From: Amoebidium appalachense
Lineage: Eukaryota; Protista; Ichthyosporea
Direction: 5' to 3'
DNA length: 64,000 nucleotides
NCBI GenBank assembly: GCA_963693365.1
Contig: CAVNZM010000003.1
Span: forward strand, 2,617,087 to 2,681,086
The notes below the pieces were generated by a model that worked only from the letters and a program-made list of their open reading frames with translations, did no database searches and was not told where the DNA came from. This document shows, one piece after another, positions 10,029-19,676 of the stretch. Position 1 is the stretch's first letter. Each line of letters starts with the position of its first letter. Position numbers and translations under genes: made by a program.

Positions 10029-10250
10029 TTTGATGGTTGCTGCAGAATGATGAATTATGGTCTGGACTGCTCCTTTTATACCTTCAGGTCTAACCACCGA
10101 TGGTGCCAAAATCGATGGTGATGGTGAGTTTGGGCACCAAACTAATGAACCCTGAATTTCAGGGATGATGATTATTGTCTCATTCGGATGTTGATCACAA
10201 TTGTCGGACGACCCGACAACAGCGAACACATATCTGACCGCACAATATTA

Positions 10251-10328
10251 TCTGCACTGCAGATTTTTCCGTCCAACTTGGCAATGAGCTGCTTTGTCCC
10301 CTTCAGCTCGTACCAATCAAACCACGCG
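10251..10328 (-). pseudogene. Short KilA-N gene fragment duplicated from ~7973-8050
   Basis: Nucleotide similarity (tctgcactgcagatttt...tttgtccccttcag..taccaatcaaaccacgc). Confidence 0.65.
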
Positions 10329-10383
10329 TATCTGTCACATAATTAGTATGAAAGAGAAGCAAGCCAGAGATATCACAGATATA

Positions 10384-11765
10384 TCACACACTTGCATTCG
10401 GAGTTGTCGCTGCTGCTTTCGCGATGTCTTCCACAAGCCGCTCTCCATCCCTGCGCCTCGGCAGTCCTGCGGCTTCAAGCTCGGCATCGGTCAACACGAC
10501 CGTTTTCTTGGTTATTACCTCTCTTATTACCTGTGTGTACCGTGGGTCATCAAGATTCGGCTGCACCACATCTATCTCTCCTCCATGCATCTTAGCCCAG
10601 TAGAGTTCGGTCAGTTGCTTCCCGTACAGGGACAGCACGGCCCCGATTTTGTAGACTGCCCGGAATCCTCTGTCCACCTTCTCAAGCTTTGTCGTTATAT
10701 GATTGCAGACCCGTTCCCCAATGGTGTTTCCATTGCCCGGTTGGGAACCCCAGTCGAAGCTTGACGTGCGCAGGAGTATGTAGACCATCAACCAGGAGGC
10801 ACATGCCGAGTCGTGTATTTCGTTTCTATCGACAAGCCCCTCATACAAAACCCTCCCAAAACTTGTCTGAAGGCTCTTACATACAGATTCGTGTTGGTAG
10901 GTGCGCAGAACTTTCGAGCTTCCAGTGTAACCGGCCCCCTCAAGGAACATACAGAGGGCGTCAGCGATTAGCCCTGCCGGGGCAGACATGTTAAAGCACT
11001 CGACCACCTTGACTTGCGAATCGATAATGACAACAGAAGCATGCTCTGGGCTCGACACATGCATTATATAGTAGCGCTCACGTTCTTGGCTTTTCAGCCA
11101 TGAAGAGAGGTTCGACACGAATGCTTTCGGGCATCTGAAACCCCACTTTCCTGCTGACACCTTCCAAGTGGACATTTTACCATTGTCCGTCACAACACTG
11201 AGTGCTGGTGTGGACTTGGGGACAGCATCACTATTATGCTCTATTTTGAGGGATGTGCCAGGGGAAAAACGAACAGATTTTGGCAGATAGGTTTGCAGCA
11301 GTACGAAGGTGTTGTCCCGAGACCTGGCGCCACACCCTGCCACAGCCGGTGAGGCTTCAACGGAGCCAACCCCAATCAGCTCGGTCAGTGACTTCTGAAG
11401 ATCAACGAGACCGTTGTACCAGTCAAATAGAAGTGGCCACGTTTTTTGTATGTCCTCCATCATGTCCGAGGGCGTGGGTCTTCCAGGGACAATAGCCTGT
11501 TTGTACTTTTCGGCCACGTAGGGAGCACACTTCACCACAATCGACCCGAAACGGTGCTTCCGCTGGTCCACGAGAAACCGGCTTTTTGAATCATACCTTA
11601 CAGCAAACTTGTATTCCGTACCCGCTGTTTGACGCATACAAATAAACAACAATCTGTAGCCACCCAGCCCTGCTTCAAAAACCAGAGATGTAACACAGGT
11701 CAGACAGACTGGTTCGACATCATTTTGAGTGCTCCACAAGTTGATGGAGAGACAGACGTCCCCCA
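10384..11765 (-). CDS. Protein with C-terminal CE-clan (Ulp1/adenain/I7-like) cysteine protease domain
   Basis: EHASVVIIDSQVKVVECFN (His plus acidic/Asn) and SACASWLMVYILLR (Cys); first ATG at 11765. Confidence 0.55.
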
Positions 11766-12016
11766 TAGCCCACTTGTATGTCTGGGTGTTGCGGGGTTTC
11801 AGATGTGCGTCTTCCAACTTGAAATGTTGGGTATTGCGTTTGACAAACTTGAAGAAGCAGTGGGGCTTTACCGACAATGTCTGTGTTAAAGCCATCTACA
11901 CAACAGCCGAATTTTTCGACATCTGGGTGGTTCCCTGGGACAGTTTCGGATGGGTTCCCGCGCGGGGTGGGGGGGGGGGATTGCGTCCATTCTGTGACCG
12001 ATATATGCAAAAGAGT

Positions 12017-12424
12017 TTATATCCCTGCTGCACCGATGCCAGCAGGCTTGACGCAGCAGAAGTCCGGCGCGCACGGCATCGACGTGGCCCTGCGCCGCTT
12101 GCACCGCAGCACCCCGCCGGTCTTGGGGTCCGGTCGGTAGAGGTTGCAGCCCACAAACTGGTTGCACGGCACGAGCGACGGATTCTGCGGCACCACCGTG
12201 CGGCACAGCCACCCGCACCCCACCCCCGGCACCGGCACCTGCGAGCACACGGGCGCTGCGGTGGCCGTCTGCGCAACGAGCCGTGTGCATCTGGGCAGTA
12301 CGGTGGGGGTGGGCGTCGGGGTGGTTGGCGCCGGCGTCGGGGGGGCCGTCACGGTCACGTAGCTGGCGGCGGCGGCGGCGGCTTGTGCAAGTAGAGCAAC
12401 GAGCGCGTACATTACCGTGTGCAT
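12017..12424 (-). CDS. Small secreted Cys-rich protein with Pro/Thr stalk
   Basis: Signal-like MYALVALLAQAAAAA, a PT-rich segment and 10 cysteines. Confidence 0.6.
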   Translation of the reverse strand: MHTVMYALVALLAQAAAAAASYVTVTAPPTPAPTTPTPTPTVLPRCTRLVAQTATAAPVCSQVPVPGVGCGWLCRTVVPQNPSLVPCNQFVGCNLYRPDPKTGGVLRCKRRRATSMPCAPDFCCVKPAGIGAAGI

Positions 12425-12531
12425 GGATAATAGTTGTGGGCGCAGGGGTGTTCTTGTTTGTTGGGGGGTGGGGGGGGGAGGTCCCAGAGCTGGTTGTGTT
12501 TTATTTATTGCGGCCTGCACATTTCCTCTGT

Positions 12532-12655
12532 TTGAAGAAACGAAACTTTGAAGGTATGTCGTTGGGCTACTGCGATTGAAGAAACGAAACTTTGAAGGTA
12601 TGTCGTTGGGCTACTGCGATTGAAGAAACGAAACTTTGAAGGTATGTCGTTGGGT
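12532..12655. repeat. 44-bp tandem repeat, ~2.8 copies
   Basis: ttgaagaaacgaaactttgaaggtatgtcgttgggctactgcga repeated. Confidence 0.9.
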
Positions 12656-12771
12656 CCGGAACAGCAGGTGACAACTTCCCTCCCTTACCAAATGAGCAAT
12701 TGGTCACTTTGACCAATTGGTCCCCTGTCGTATCCAATAGATGCTGGTTGGTGTGCCTCGGCCACTATACG

Positions 12772-13704
12772 CTACACAACGTGCTTCGCCAGGAAGCTCA
12801 CAGGGTACAGCTTGACCGTGCGCACGTCCCCGTTGACCACCATCTGCGTCGTCTCGGGCTCGCACCCCATCTCGTCACGCCAGGCCTTGCTGACCATGCG
12901 GCCGAGCGCAGAGGCGGACTTGCACTTGATGCCACGGTCGACCACGAACTTCCCCACCGTGACATAGTCGGAGAGGGTGGTGCCTTCGATGGCCCGCAGA
13001 CCCTGGTTGGGGAGCAGCATGTTGGAGACCGAGTCGTTGACGAGCTGTCGCATGCGCGGGTCACGGTCCAGCCCCAGGCGCTCAAGCAGCGCCTCGTACT
13101 GGACGAGGTTGTCCATAGCCATCTTCTGGTTCTCCCTCTCGAGACGCGTGATCTCCGCCTCCTCCCGGCGCAGACGCAGCCTCCGCTCCTCCTCCAGCTC
13201 CTCGCGGCGGCGCTTGCGGTCAGGGGTCTCGTCCGTGCCGTTGCGGAAGAACTCGCGCTCCTCGGGGGTGCTGTTGTCGTAGCGGGCCTCGATCTCCTCG
13301 ATGAGAAGCAAATCGCCAGAGAGGAGGCGCGCCATGTACTGGGCAGAAGTCTTACGGAAATCATGAGCGCGCTTGCCAGGGAGCAGGTAGATGATCTCGA
13401 GGAGGGTGCGGAAGGGGGCAACGGGGGTCACATTTCCCTTTCTGTTTATCTTCAGGTCTACAACACCCTGCAAAACCTCGGTTCTGAACCCGTTACCACC
13501 AGTAACGGGTTCACCCGGAGACTTCCGCATGTCAAACCACGCCTTCCTGGCAGTGGTGGAACTGCCCACGACCAATTCAATCACATCGAGGACGCTCGCC
13601 ATCTTGCTGGCTTTGTCGACGCGGACCGTTGCATCCTTGAACTGGGGGAACTCCTTCCACAGAAGCGACATGTCCACCTTTGAGTTGCTCTGTCCGGTAG
13701 CCAT
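12772..13704 (-). CDS. Bro-N-like DNA-binding protein with coiled coil and distinct C-terminal domain
   Basis: ASVLDVI..TPVAP..LLEIIYLLPGKRAHDFR..RLLSGDLLLIEEI; C-terminal LGRMVSKAW..EP..VNG..VKLY. Confidence 0.7.
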   Translation of the reverse strand: MATGQSNSKVDMSLLWKEFPQFKDATVRVDKASKMASVLDVIELVVGSSTTARKAWFDMRKSPGEPVTGGNGFRTEVLQGVVDLKINRKGNVTPVAPFRTLLEIIYLLPGKRAHDFRKTSAQYMARLLSGDLLLIEEIEARYDNSTPEEREFFRNGTDETPDRKRRREELEEERRLRLRREEAEITRLERENQKMAMDNLVQYEALLERLGLDRDPRMRQLVNDSVSNMLLPNQGLRAIEGTTLSDYVTVGKFVVDRGIKCKSASALGRMVSKAWRDEMGCEPETTQMVVNGDVRTVKLYPVSFLAKHVV

Positions 13705-13815
13705 CCTGTGTCAGACTGACCCCACTTGGCTGTGTGTGCTCCTTTTATACCTGCGCGTGGCACCCTCAGCCGTGCTGAGGATAGGTTGGTGCTTATCCAT
13801 TGAAATGTCTTGGGG

Positions 13816-15003
13816 CTACTGTGCTTGCTCCTGGCTGGCTTTCTTGAACACGCTGATGACGAGGTCCCTTGTCAAGTCGTCCTCCATGTGCTCCCTCGCC
13901 ATCTCCAGCATGGAAGCAGCAAAAGTCACAAAGTCCACACGGAACAGCTCGCGCTCGACGTTCTTGTGTTTGAGTGCCGTGTGCAGGCACTTCTCTGCAA
14001 GCGCCAGCTGCTCGGACGGCACGGGAAGCGCAAAGAGCAGGCGCTTGTTGGGCCCCACATGCCACGTACCGGCCTGCTTCATGCGGCCCTTCACGTCCTT
14101 CAGGCTCTGGCCGATCTTCAGACAGGGCGGGTCGCCATACTCGGACACAAACACGTAGATACCGGACTGCTGCTTGGTGCACACGTGGTTGGTGACCCGG
14201 CGCAGCTCATCACTGGCATCCTCGAATTCCGATGGAATTTGGTCCTGCTTGAGACTGTCTGTGGTCTGAAGTTCCAGAAGCCGACACTGCACCTCGAGTT
14301 TCAGGCGCTCCTCGCGAATCACACTGGCCCGCTTGTCACACAGAGCGCCTTCCTCGCGCATCATCATGATCTCCGTGTACTGAGCAGATTCGGCGATGCG
14401 CGCCTCCTTGTACAGACTCAGTGCAGTTTCCATCTCGGCCTGGTTGGTCATGAACTGGGTGATGTCTCCGAGCTTCAGTCTCTTGGGCTCCCTCTCGGTG
14501 GTGCCGGCGGCATCCATTTCTGCTCGCACACTGTCACGCATGAAAGCGTTGGGTCCTGACGGGTTGGCCGCTGCCGTGGCACGGTTGCGCTCGATGTCCT
14601 CCACGAGTGTTTCGTCTCCACCTTCCAGGCGCGCTATGTCTCGGGCCCACTTGTCGATGATCGCGGAACCATAGCGTGAGCCAGATGCAATTTTTAGGGT
14701 TAGCCTACCCAGCGACTTAGCAGGCACACCAGGTGATGCCTTCCCTCCGACTTGAAATTGACAGTTGGTCACATTAACAGAATCTTTTAGTTGAGGGTTT
14801 TTCTGCAAGAGACGGCGCAGATAGCAACCCGCTGCGTCTCTATCCAAACCGCGGACAAGCATGGTATAGTCCACCAAGCTTGCCATCTTCACACCGTCGA
14901 CCTCACATACTCGAATGGCATAGTCGCCAATGCCAATACATTCGCCTTTTTCAGCGACAATCTCGTCTCCGGTCATTACGACTTCGTTGTGTTCAGTTTC
15001 CAT
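13816..15003 (-). CDS. Bro-N-like + T5orf172 protein
   Basis: MASLVDY..RLEGGDETLVEDI; C-terminal GIYVFVSEYGDPPCLKIGQS, paralogous to 1214..2551. Confidence 0.75.
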   Translation of the reverse strand: METEHNEVVMTGDEIVAEKGECIGIGDYAIRVCEVDGVKMASLVDYTMLVRGLDRDAAGCYLRRLLQKNPQLKDSVNVTNCQFQVGGKASPGVPAKSLGRLTLKIASGSRYGSAIIDKWARDIARLEGGDETLVEDIERNRATAAANPSGPNAFMRDSVRAEMDAAGTTEREPKRLKLGDITQFMTNQAEMETALSLYKEARIAESAQYTEIMMMREEGALCDKRASVIREERLKLEVQCRLLELQTTDSLKQDQIPSEFEDASDELRRVTNHVCTKQQSGIYVFVSEYGDPPCLKIGQSLKDVKGRMKQAGTWHVGPNKRLLFALPVPSEQLALAEKCLHTALKHKNVERELFRVDFVTFAASMLEMAREHMEDDLTRDLVISVFKKASQEQAQ

Positions 15004-15260
15004 GGTTTGCGAGACTGAGGGGTTGGGTTGTGTGTTGGGCTCTTTTATACCTTCGGTCTCGGCACCGGAACGAACTGATCTTTTCAGGGGAGCGTGGGGG
15101 GCTGGGAGGGGCTGGGGGGGCTGGGGGGGCTCGCACGCCTCGCGTGCCTGCGTGCCTCGCGCCGGGTGTGTTCGTGCTTCCTTTATTGTTCCTCGTGTGC
15201 CCCCCACAGCCCCCCACAGCCACCCCCAGCCACCCGCGCCCCCGGGGAGGTGTCACGCCA

Positions 15261-15686
15261 TCAACGCCCGGACTTCCGAGCCTCTGGCGTAGCGGCGGGT
15301 GCCGTGTGCACGGGTGGGGGGGCACTGTGAGGCCCAACTGGAAACAGCCCGTACAGGATGTCCTCCTCGCACGTCACCATGATCTCGTGCTTGTCCATGA
15401 TCCTCATGGCGTGCGCGATGGTTTCGGCGGGCACGGGCGGGCCGTGGTTGAACAGGTGCACGCGCATCTCCTTGTCGGGGTGGAAGTGGTGGTTCGCCAG
15501 CACGTTCGCCATGGCCGTCTTCCAGTCGGCCAGCTGCTCGACCTGGACGATCTGGTGGTCCGTCAGCACGTCGATGCGCCCGACCTTGGTGAGCGTGTCC
15601 TCGACGCCTTCCAGCCGGTCGGCCAGCTCGTATACGACCATGTTCCGTGCGAACTCAAGCTCGGTGTCCGTCATCACATACCGCAC
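15261..15686 (-). CDS. PD-(D/E)XK nuclease-like protein, degenerate (QVE instead of EVK)
   Basis: GRIDVLTDHQIVQVEQLADWKTAMANV. Confidence 0.7.
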   Translation of the reverse strand: MRYVMTDTELEFARNMVVYELADRLEGVEDTLTKVGRIDVLTDHQIVQVEQLADWKTAMANVLANHHFHPDKEMRVHLFNHGPPVPAETIAHAMRIMDKHEIMVTCEEDILYGLFPVGPHSAPPPVHTAPAATPEARKSGR

Positions 15687-15918
15687 ACATAAAATTCGCG
15701 TGCCGCCCCAACCGGGTTACCCATTGACAATCACACATCGCACTTTCGACCTTGTGTGGGCGCCCGACAATGTTGCGGCGCGTGGGGGGCTGGGCGGGGC
15801 TGGGGGGGGGGGGGGGGGGGGGGGGGGGCTGGGGGTGCCTCGCGTGCCTCGCGTGCCTCGCATGCCTCGCGCGCGGGGTGGGGTGTGTGTGCGTTTGTGT
15901 GTTTCTTCTCGGACAACT

Positions 15919-16587
15919 CTAATTTGCCATGATCTTGCTATACACTATCTTGTGGGCACGGGTGTGTCTGCCAGGTTTCCCTATAGAGACACGCTCTCCT
16001 GCGGGAACAAACGACGACCCGCCCAAAACCCGTGTCAGCACCGTTCCCAGTCTCTTGATTCCCACCTCGCAATCGTCCAACATATTTATATCAGCCCATT
16101 GCCGCATGCAACCGGCCATCCCCGATGTCGTAACCCAGGTCCCATTCTCGATACCAAAGCTGTGTGTTCCGCGTGCGCCTGTCGCTATGTCCTTTAGAAA
16201 GTGTATTTCGTTCGACTCCTGTGCCCTCTCCGTTGGTTTTGTCCGGGTTGTGCAGATGCCCCCGTGACACCCCCAAATTAGCCGCAGAGTGTCGGGCTCC
16301 ACCGTCACAAACACCCCAAGAGATTCTATGGTCTCAACGGCAACCCTATAAACCTCGATGGATGCGTAACCAAACAGGTGCACACGAGCCTGTCGACCAG
16401 GGTAGAAGCGTTGGTACGCCTGCACCTGTCCAAGCGCAGCCTTCCACTGTGCCACACGCTTGACCTCGATGATCTGCGTGTCCGTGAGCAGGTCGATTCG
16501 GCCGGCTGGCGTGACCACTTCGCACTTCCCCCCCTCAATCCTGGCTAACCGATCTCTGACCGACGCTTCATCATACGATGCCATCAT
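15919..16587 (-). CDS. PD-(D/E)XK nuclease fused to a helicase-type C-terminal domain
   Basis: EVVTPAGRIDLLTDTQIIEVKR..WKAALGQVQAY; C-terminal EIHFLKDI..W..LG..L..VLG. Confidence 0.75.
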   Translation of the reverse strand: MMASYDEASVRDRLARIEGGKCEVVTPAGRIDLLTDTQIIEVKRVAQWKAALGQVQAYQRFYPGRQARVHLFGYASIEVYRVAVETIESLGVFVTVEPDTLRLIWGCHGGICTTRTKPTERAQESNEIHFLKDIATGARGTHSFGIENGTWVTTSGMAGCMRQWADINMLDDCEVGIKRLGTVLTRVLGGSSFVPAGERVSIGKPGRHTRAHKIVYSKIMAN

Positions 16588-16679
16588 AATAGGGTACAAA
16601 AAAACATGACTCGTCTTTATATTATAAGCCAGTCGGGGTGTTATGAGTCCGATATAACACCAATCACAACAACACCACC

Positions 16680-16915
16680 GACACACCACCAACCTACCCA
16701 AGTTACCACCAACCTACCAACAGTAATCGCGATTTGATTAGTAGAATTAGACCCAAACGTCGATTTCACTTATAAATAGTAGGTTGGGTAGGTTCAGTGG
16801 GTTGTTTTGGGGTTGAGTCGAGCTGGGGCAAAAACAAACGAACACCAACGATGTGTGTTTGGAGGGGCCCCTCCGAGAACCTACCCAACCTACCGAAGTT
16901 ACCAAACCCCCCAAC
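16680..16915. promoter_or_regulatory. Iterated ACCAACCTACC motifs with a 17-bp perfect inverted repeat (ori-like)
   Basis: gtaggttgggtaggttc (16779-16795) and gaacctacccaacctac (16877-16893); palindrome ggaggggcccctcc at 16861-16874. Confidence 0.55.
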
Positions 16916-17237
16916 AACCAATGAAATACGCCCGTTAAACCAAGAAACCAATCGGATGGCTTTGTTTAAACGTTTGCGCAAAACCCAAGCTACCACCAAG
17001 TGGCCGAAGTTACTGAAAGGAAGCTGGCGATCACTTATGCGAAAGTATCTTCGAGAACGAAACTCGATAAGCACGCGATGTCTTTGACACTGCCCCCACT
17101 GCCACCGATTCGCGTAGCGGTACATGCAGCGCCTCTCCAAACAACATGTGCACAGAAAATATGTTATCCCCCCCCCCACACCCCTCTTGCCCCGGTGCGT
17201 GTTGGGGTCGCGTAGATATTTTGTATACCGTATCATA

Positions 17238-18761
17238 ATGGACACGTCCGACTCAGCTATGTACTTTACAGATGTGGATCAGCATGCCGTGGAACAGATA
17301 AGCAGAAAGCGGTTTGAGGCTTTTGAGTACTTGGGACCAGACGCCTTTATGGGGCTTCGTATGAACCCAGCCACATGTGACAGTCGAGAATGGACCAGAG
17401 AGCAGGTGGAAATGTTCATCGGCGCAAATGTCGCACACATCGCCGGTACAACAATGTTTGTGCTTAAAACATACGATCACGAATTGGGTGTGCACGTTGC
17501 AAAGATAGTGAGCAAGCAAGAGATCTTTGCGACCCTGTCGTTGTTCTCGTTCCGACAACCAGTAGACAGAAGTGGTAAAACCGCGAAGCCCCAGCCTCCA
17601 ATTAATGGCACCGAAATACTCAAGACTACCGCAATCCCAATATATACCAAGATCATTTTTGACCCCTCAGATCCTGACCCCAAAACACAAGCACGCAAAC
17701 CAACCAACATAGATCCCGTGTACCGGCCGTACAACATATACAGAGGTTTGCGCATCAAGTATGACCCGGAGTATGGTCTGCGGGATGATCTCACACGTCT
17801 CTTCAAGGAGCACGCGTTCAAAGTGCTTTGCAACGGCCGAGCAGAGGAGTATAACTATCTGCGGACATGGGTTTGTCATCTGTTCCAATATCCTGCAAAC
17901 AAACCAGGGACTGCACTTCTCTTTGTATCAGAGCAGGGAACAGGAAAGAATGTGTGGTGGCAAGCCATCATGGATATCATTTCGCCAGAGTACTACGCAT
18001 ATGTCATCCATAGAGAACACATGTCGGGGAAGTTCAACCAACACCTTGCAAACAAAATCCTGGTGTTGTGCGACGAAGTAACATGGGGCGGATCACATGA
18101 AACAAACAACCTCATGAAAGCGCGCATCACTCAGCCGACTATGATGCTTGAGAAGAAGGGATGTGATGCCATCAACACAAACTCATATGAGAGATATGTG
18201 GTGTTGTCCAACGAGGACTGGCCTGTGAGAGTGGAAACGAGTGACAGGCGCTGGGCCTGCTTTCGAGTGAGCCCCGAACGCATTGGAGACCACGAGTATT
18301 TCGAGCGGTTTGTCATATACCACAGACAGCCCGAGGTGTTGAAAGCCATATACCACGACTTCATGAACGAGCCCTGTGTTCCACATACCATGCCGCGCCC
18401 CATTGACAACGACACAAAACTAAATATCAAATCAATCAGTCGTAGTGATGAGGCACAATTCTTGAAGGATCTCATTGCTCACAAAAACGGGTGTGAAAAC
18501 TTTACCTTCATTCATGACGGATGCTCTGTAATACCTTCAGGTCTTTTCCAACTATTTCGGGAATGGCACACGATGAACGCACGTGACACCAAAACTCCCA
18601 GCTTACGCACTTTTGGAAGTTCTATGAGGAAAATCCTGGGAAGGCCCAAGACAACACTTGCAGCGAAGATCTGCACGTGGCCACTCCACCCACCTATAAC
18701 AGGAACTTCGGGCAGGGCTGACTGCTACACCATATGTGCCCAAGCTATATCCAAGGTCTGA
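17238..18761 (+). CDS. SF3 helicase (D5/DUF5906-like) with C-terminal wHTH-like domain and no evident primase domain
   Basis: KPGTALLFVSEQGTGKN (Walker A), ILVLCDE (Walker B), VVLSN (motif C), SDRR. Confidence 0.85.
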   Translation: MDTSDSAMYFTDVDQHAVEQISRKRFEAFEYLGPDAFMGLRMNPATCDSREWTREQVEMFIGANVAHIAGTTMFVLKTYDHELGVHVAKIVSKQEIFATLSLFSFRQPVDRSGKTAKPQPPINGTEILKTTAIPIYTKIIFDPSDPDPKTQARKPTNIDPVYRPYNIYRGLRIKYDPEYGLRDDLTRLFKEHAFKVLCNGRAEEYNYLRTWVCHLFQYPANKPGTALLFVSEQGTGKNVWWQAIMDIISPEYYAYVIHREHMSGKFNQHLANKILVLCDEVTWGGSHETNNLMKARITQPTMMLEKKGCDAINTNSYERYVVLSNEDWPVRVETSDRRWACFRVSPERIGDHEYFERFVIYHRQPEVLKAIYHDFMNEPCVPHTMPRPIDNDTKLNIKSISRSDEAQFLKDLIAHKNGCENFTFIHDGCSVIPSGLFQLFREWHTMNARDTKTPSLRTFGSSMRKILGRPKTTLAAKICTWPLHPPITGTSGRADCYTICAQAISKV

Positions 18762-18789
18762 CCCCATTCTTTTTCTCCTGATATTCTCA

Positions 18790-18829
18790 TTATGTTCTCA
18801 TTATACTAATTAGCATAATGGGAACATAA
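18790..18829. terminator. AT-rich hairpin downstream of the helicase
   Basis: ttatgttctcattat-actaattagc-ataatgggaacataa, a near-perfect inverted repeat. Confidence 0.5.
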
Positions 18830-19091
18830 GGGGATAATCATTGGATAATTGTCACGTGTTAATTAACAAGAACCAATCAAACTCAAGCTTGTTAACTCTA
18901 CTACTATAAATGGCTAATTAATAAGGGGATAAGGAGAATAAGGGGGTGGTTTAAGCTATGGGGGTTGCAGCCTTTGGTGCCATTTCATTGGCTAACATGG
19001 GGGGGGATGCCTTTGCAAAATGGTCTGAAGTATCCCCTTATTCAGCATACCCCTTACGGAGGTGTATTTTTTCTTTCCTACTTATGAGAGG

Positions 19092-19556
19092 ATGTATTCA
19101 GCGTTTCTGTGTGAGTGGGAGACCTGTGGGAGACCCTTCGAGAGCAACGCAGCCCTCCAGCGACATCGTCTTACGCACACGGGTCAGAGGCCACATGTAT
19201 GCCCTTGGCCTGGATGTTTCAGGGGGTTTACACAACGTTCTACTTTGGAGCTTCATTATCGGCTGCACACTGGGGAACTTCCTTTTCAGTGTGACTGGGA
19301 GGGATGCAAGGCCTCGTTCAGATGTAAGAGTAAGCTGAAGATGCATCAACGAAACCATGCAGAGACGGGGACTTATAAATGTACATGGGATGGATGCGAG
19401 GCCAGTTTCAATACCAGAGATGCCATCAACACTCACATCAATCGGCATACGGGAGAACGGCCATACAAATGTAAAGAGCCAGGATGCTCTGCCTCATATC
19501 GCCAGAGGGCGAGCCTTGCATATCATGTTCGTCATCACCATAATAAACCCAAATGA
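19092..19556 (+). CDS. Intronless five-finger C2H2 zinc-finger protein
   Basis: Five CxxxxC..HxxxH fingers with HTGQRP, HTGELP and HTGERP linkers. Confidence 0.92.
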   Translation: MYSAFLCEWETCGRPFESNAALQRHRLTHTGQRPHVCPWPGCFRGFTQRSTLELHYRLHTGELPFQCDWEGCKASFRCKSKLKMHQRNHAETGTYKCTWDGCEASFNTRDAINTHINRHTGERPYKCKEPGCSASYRQRASLAYHVRHHHNKPK

Positions 19557-19676
19557 ACAAATCATGTCTTGTGACCTTTTTTCTACTCAAGATGGAAACT
19601 TCTCAAAGTGCTGTCCATCGACACGGTCTCTGCAATGATGCACTTGCCCGCTGAATATTTTGTACCCTAGTACACG

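Noticed and set aside
12700-13683. 327-aa plus-strand ORF
   Set aside because: Antisense shadow of the GC-rich gene 12772..13704
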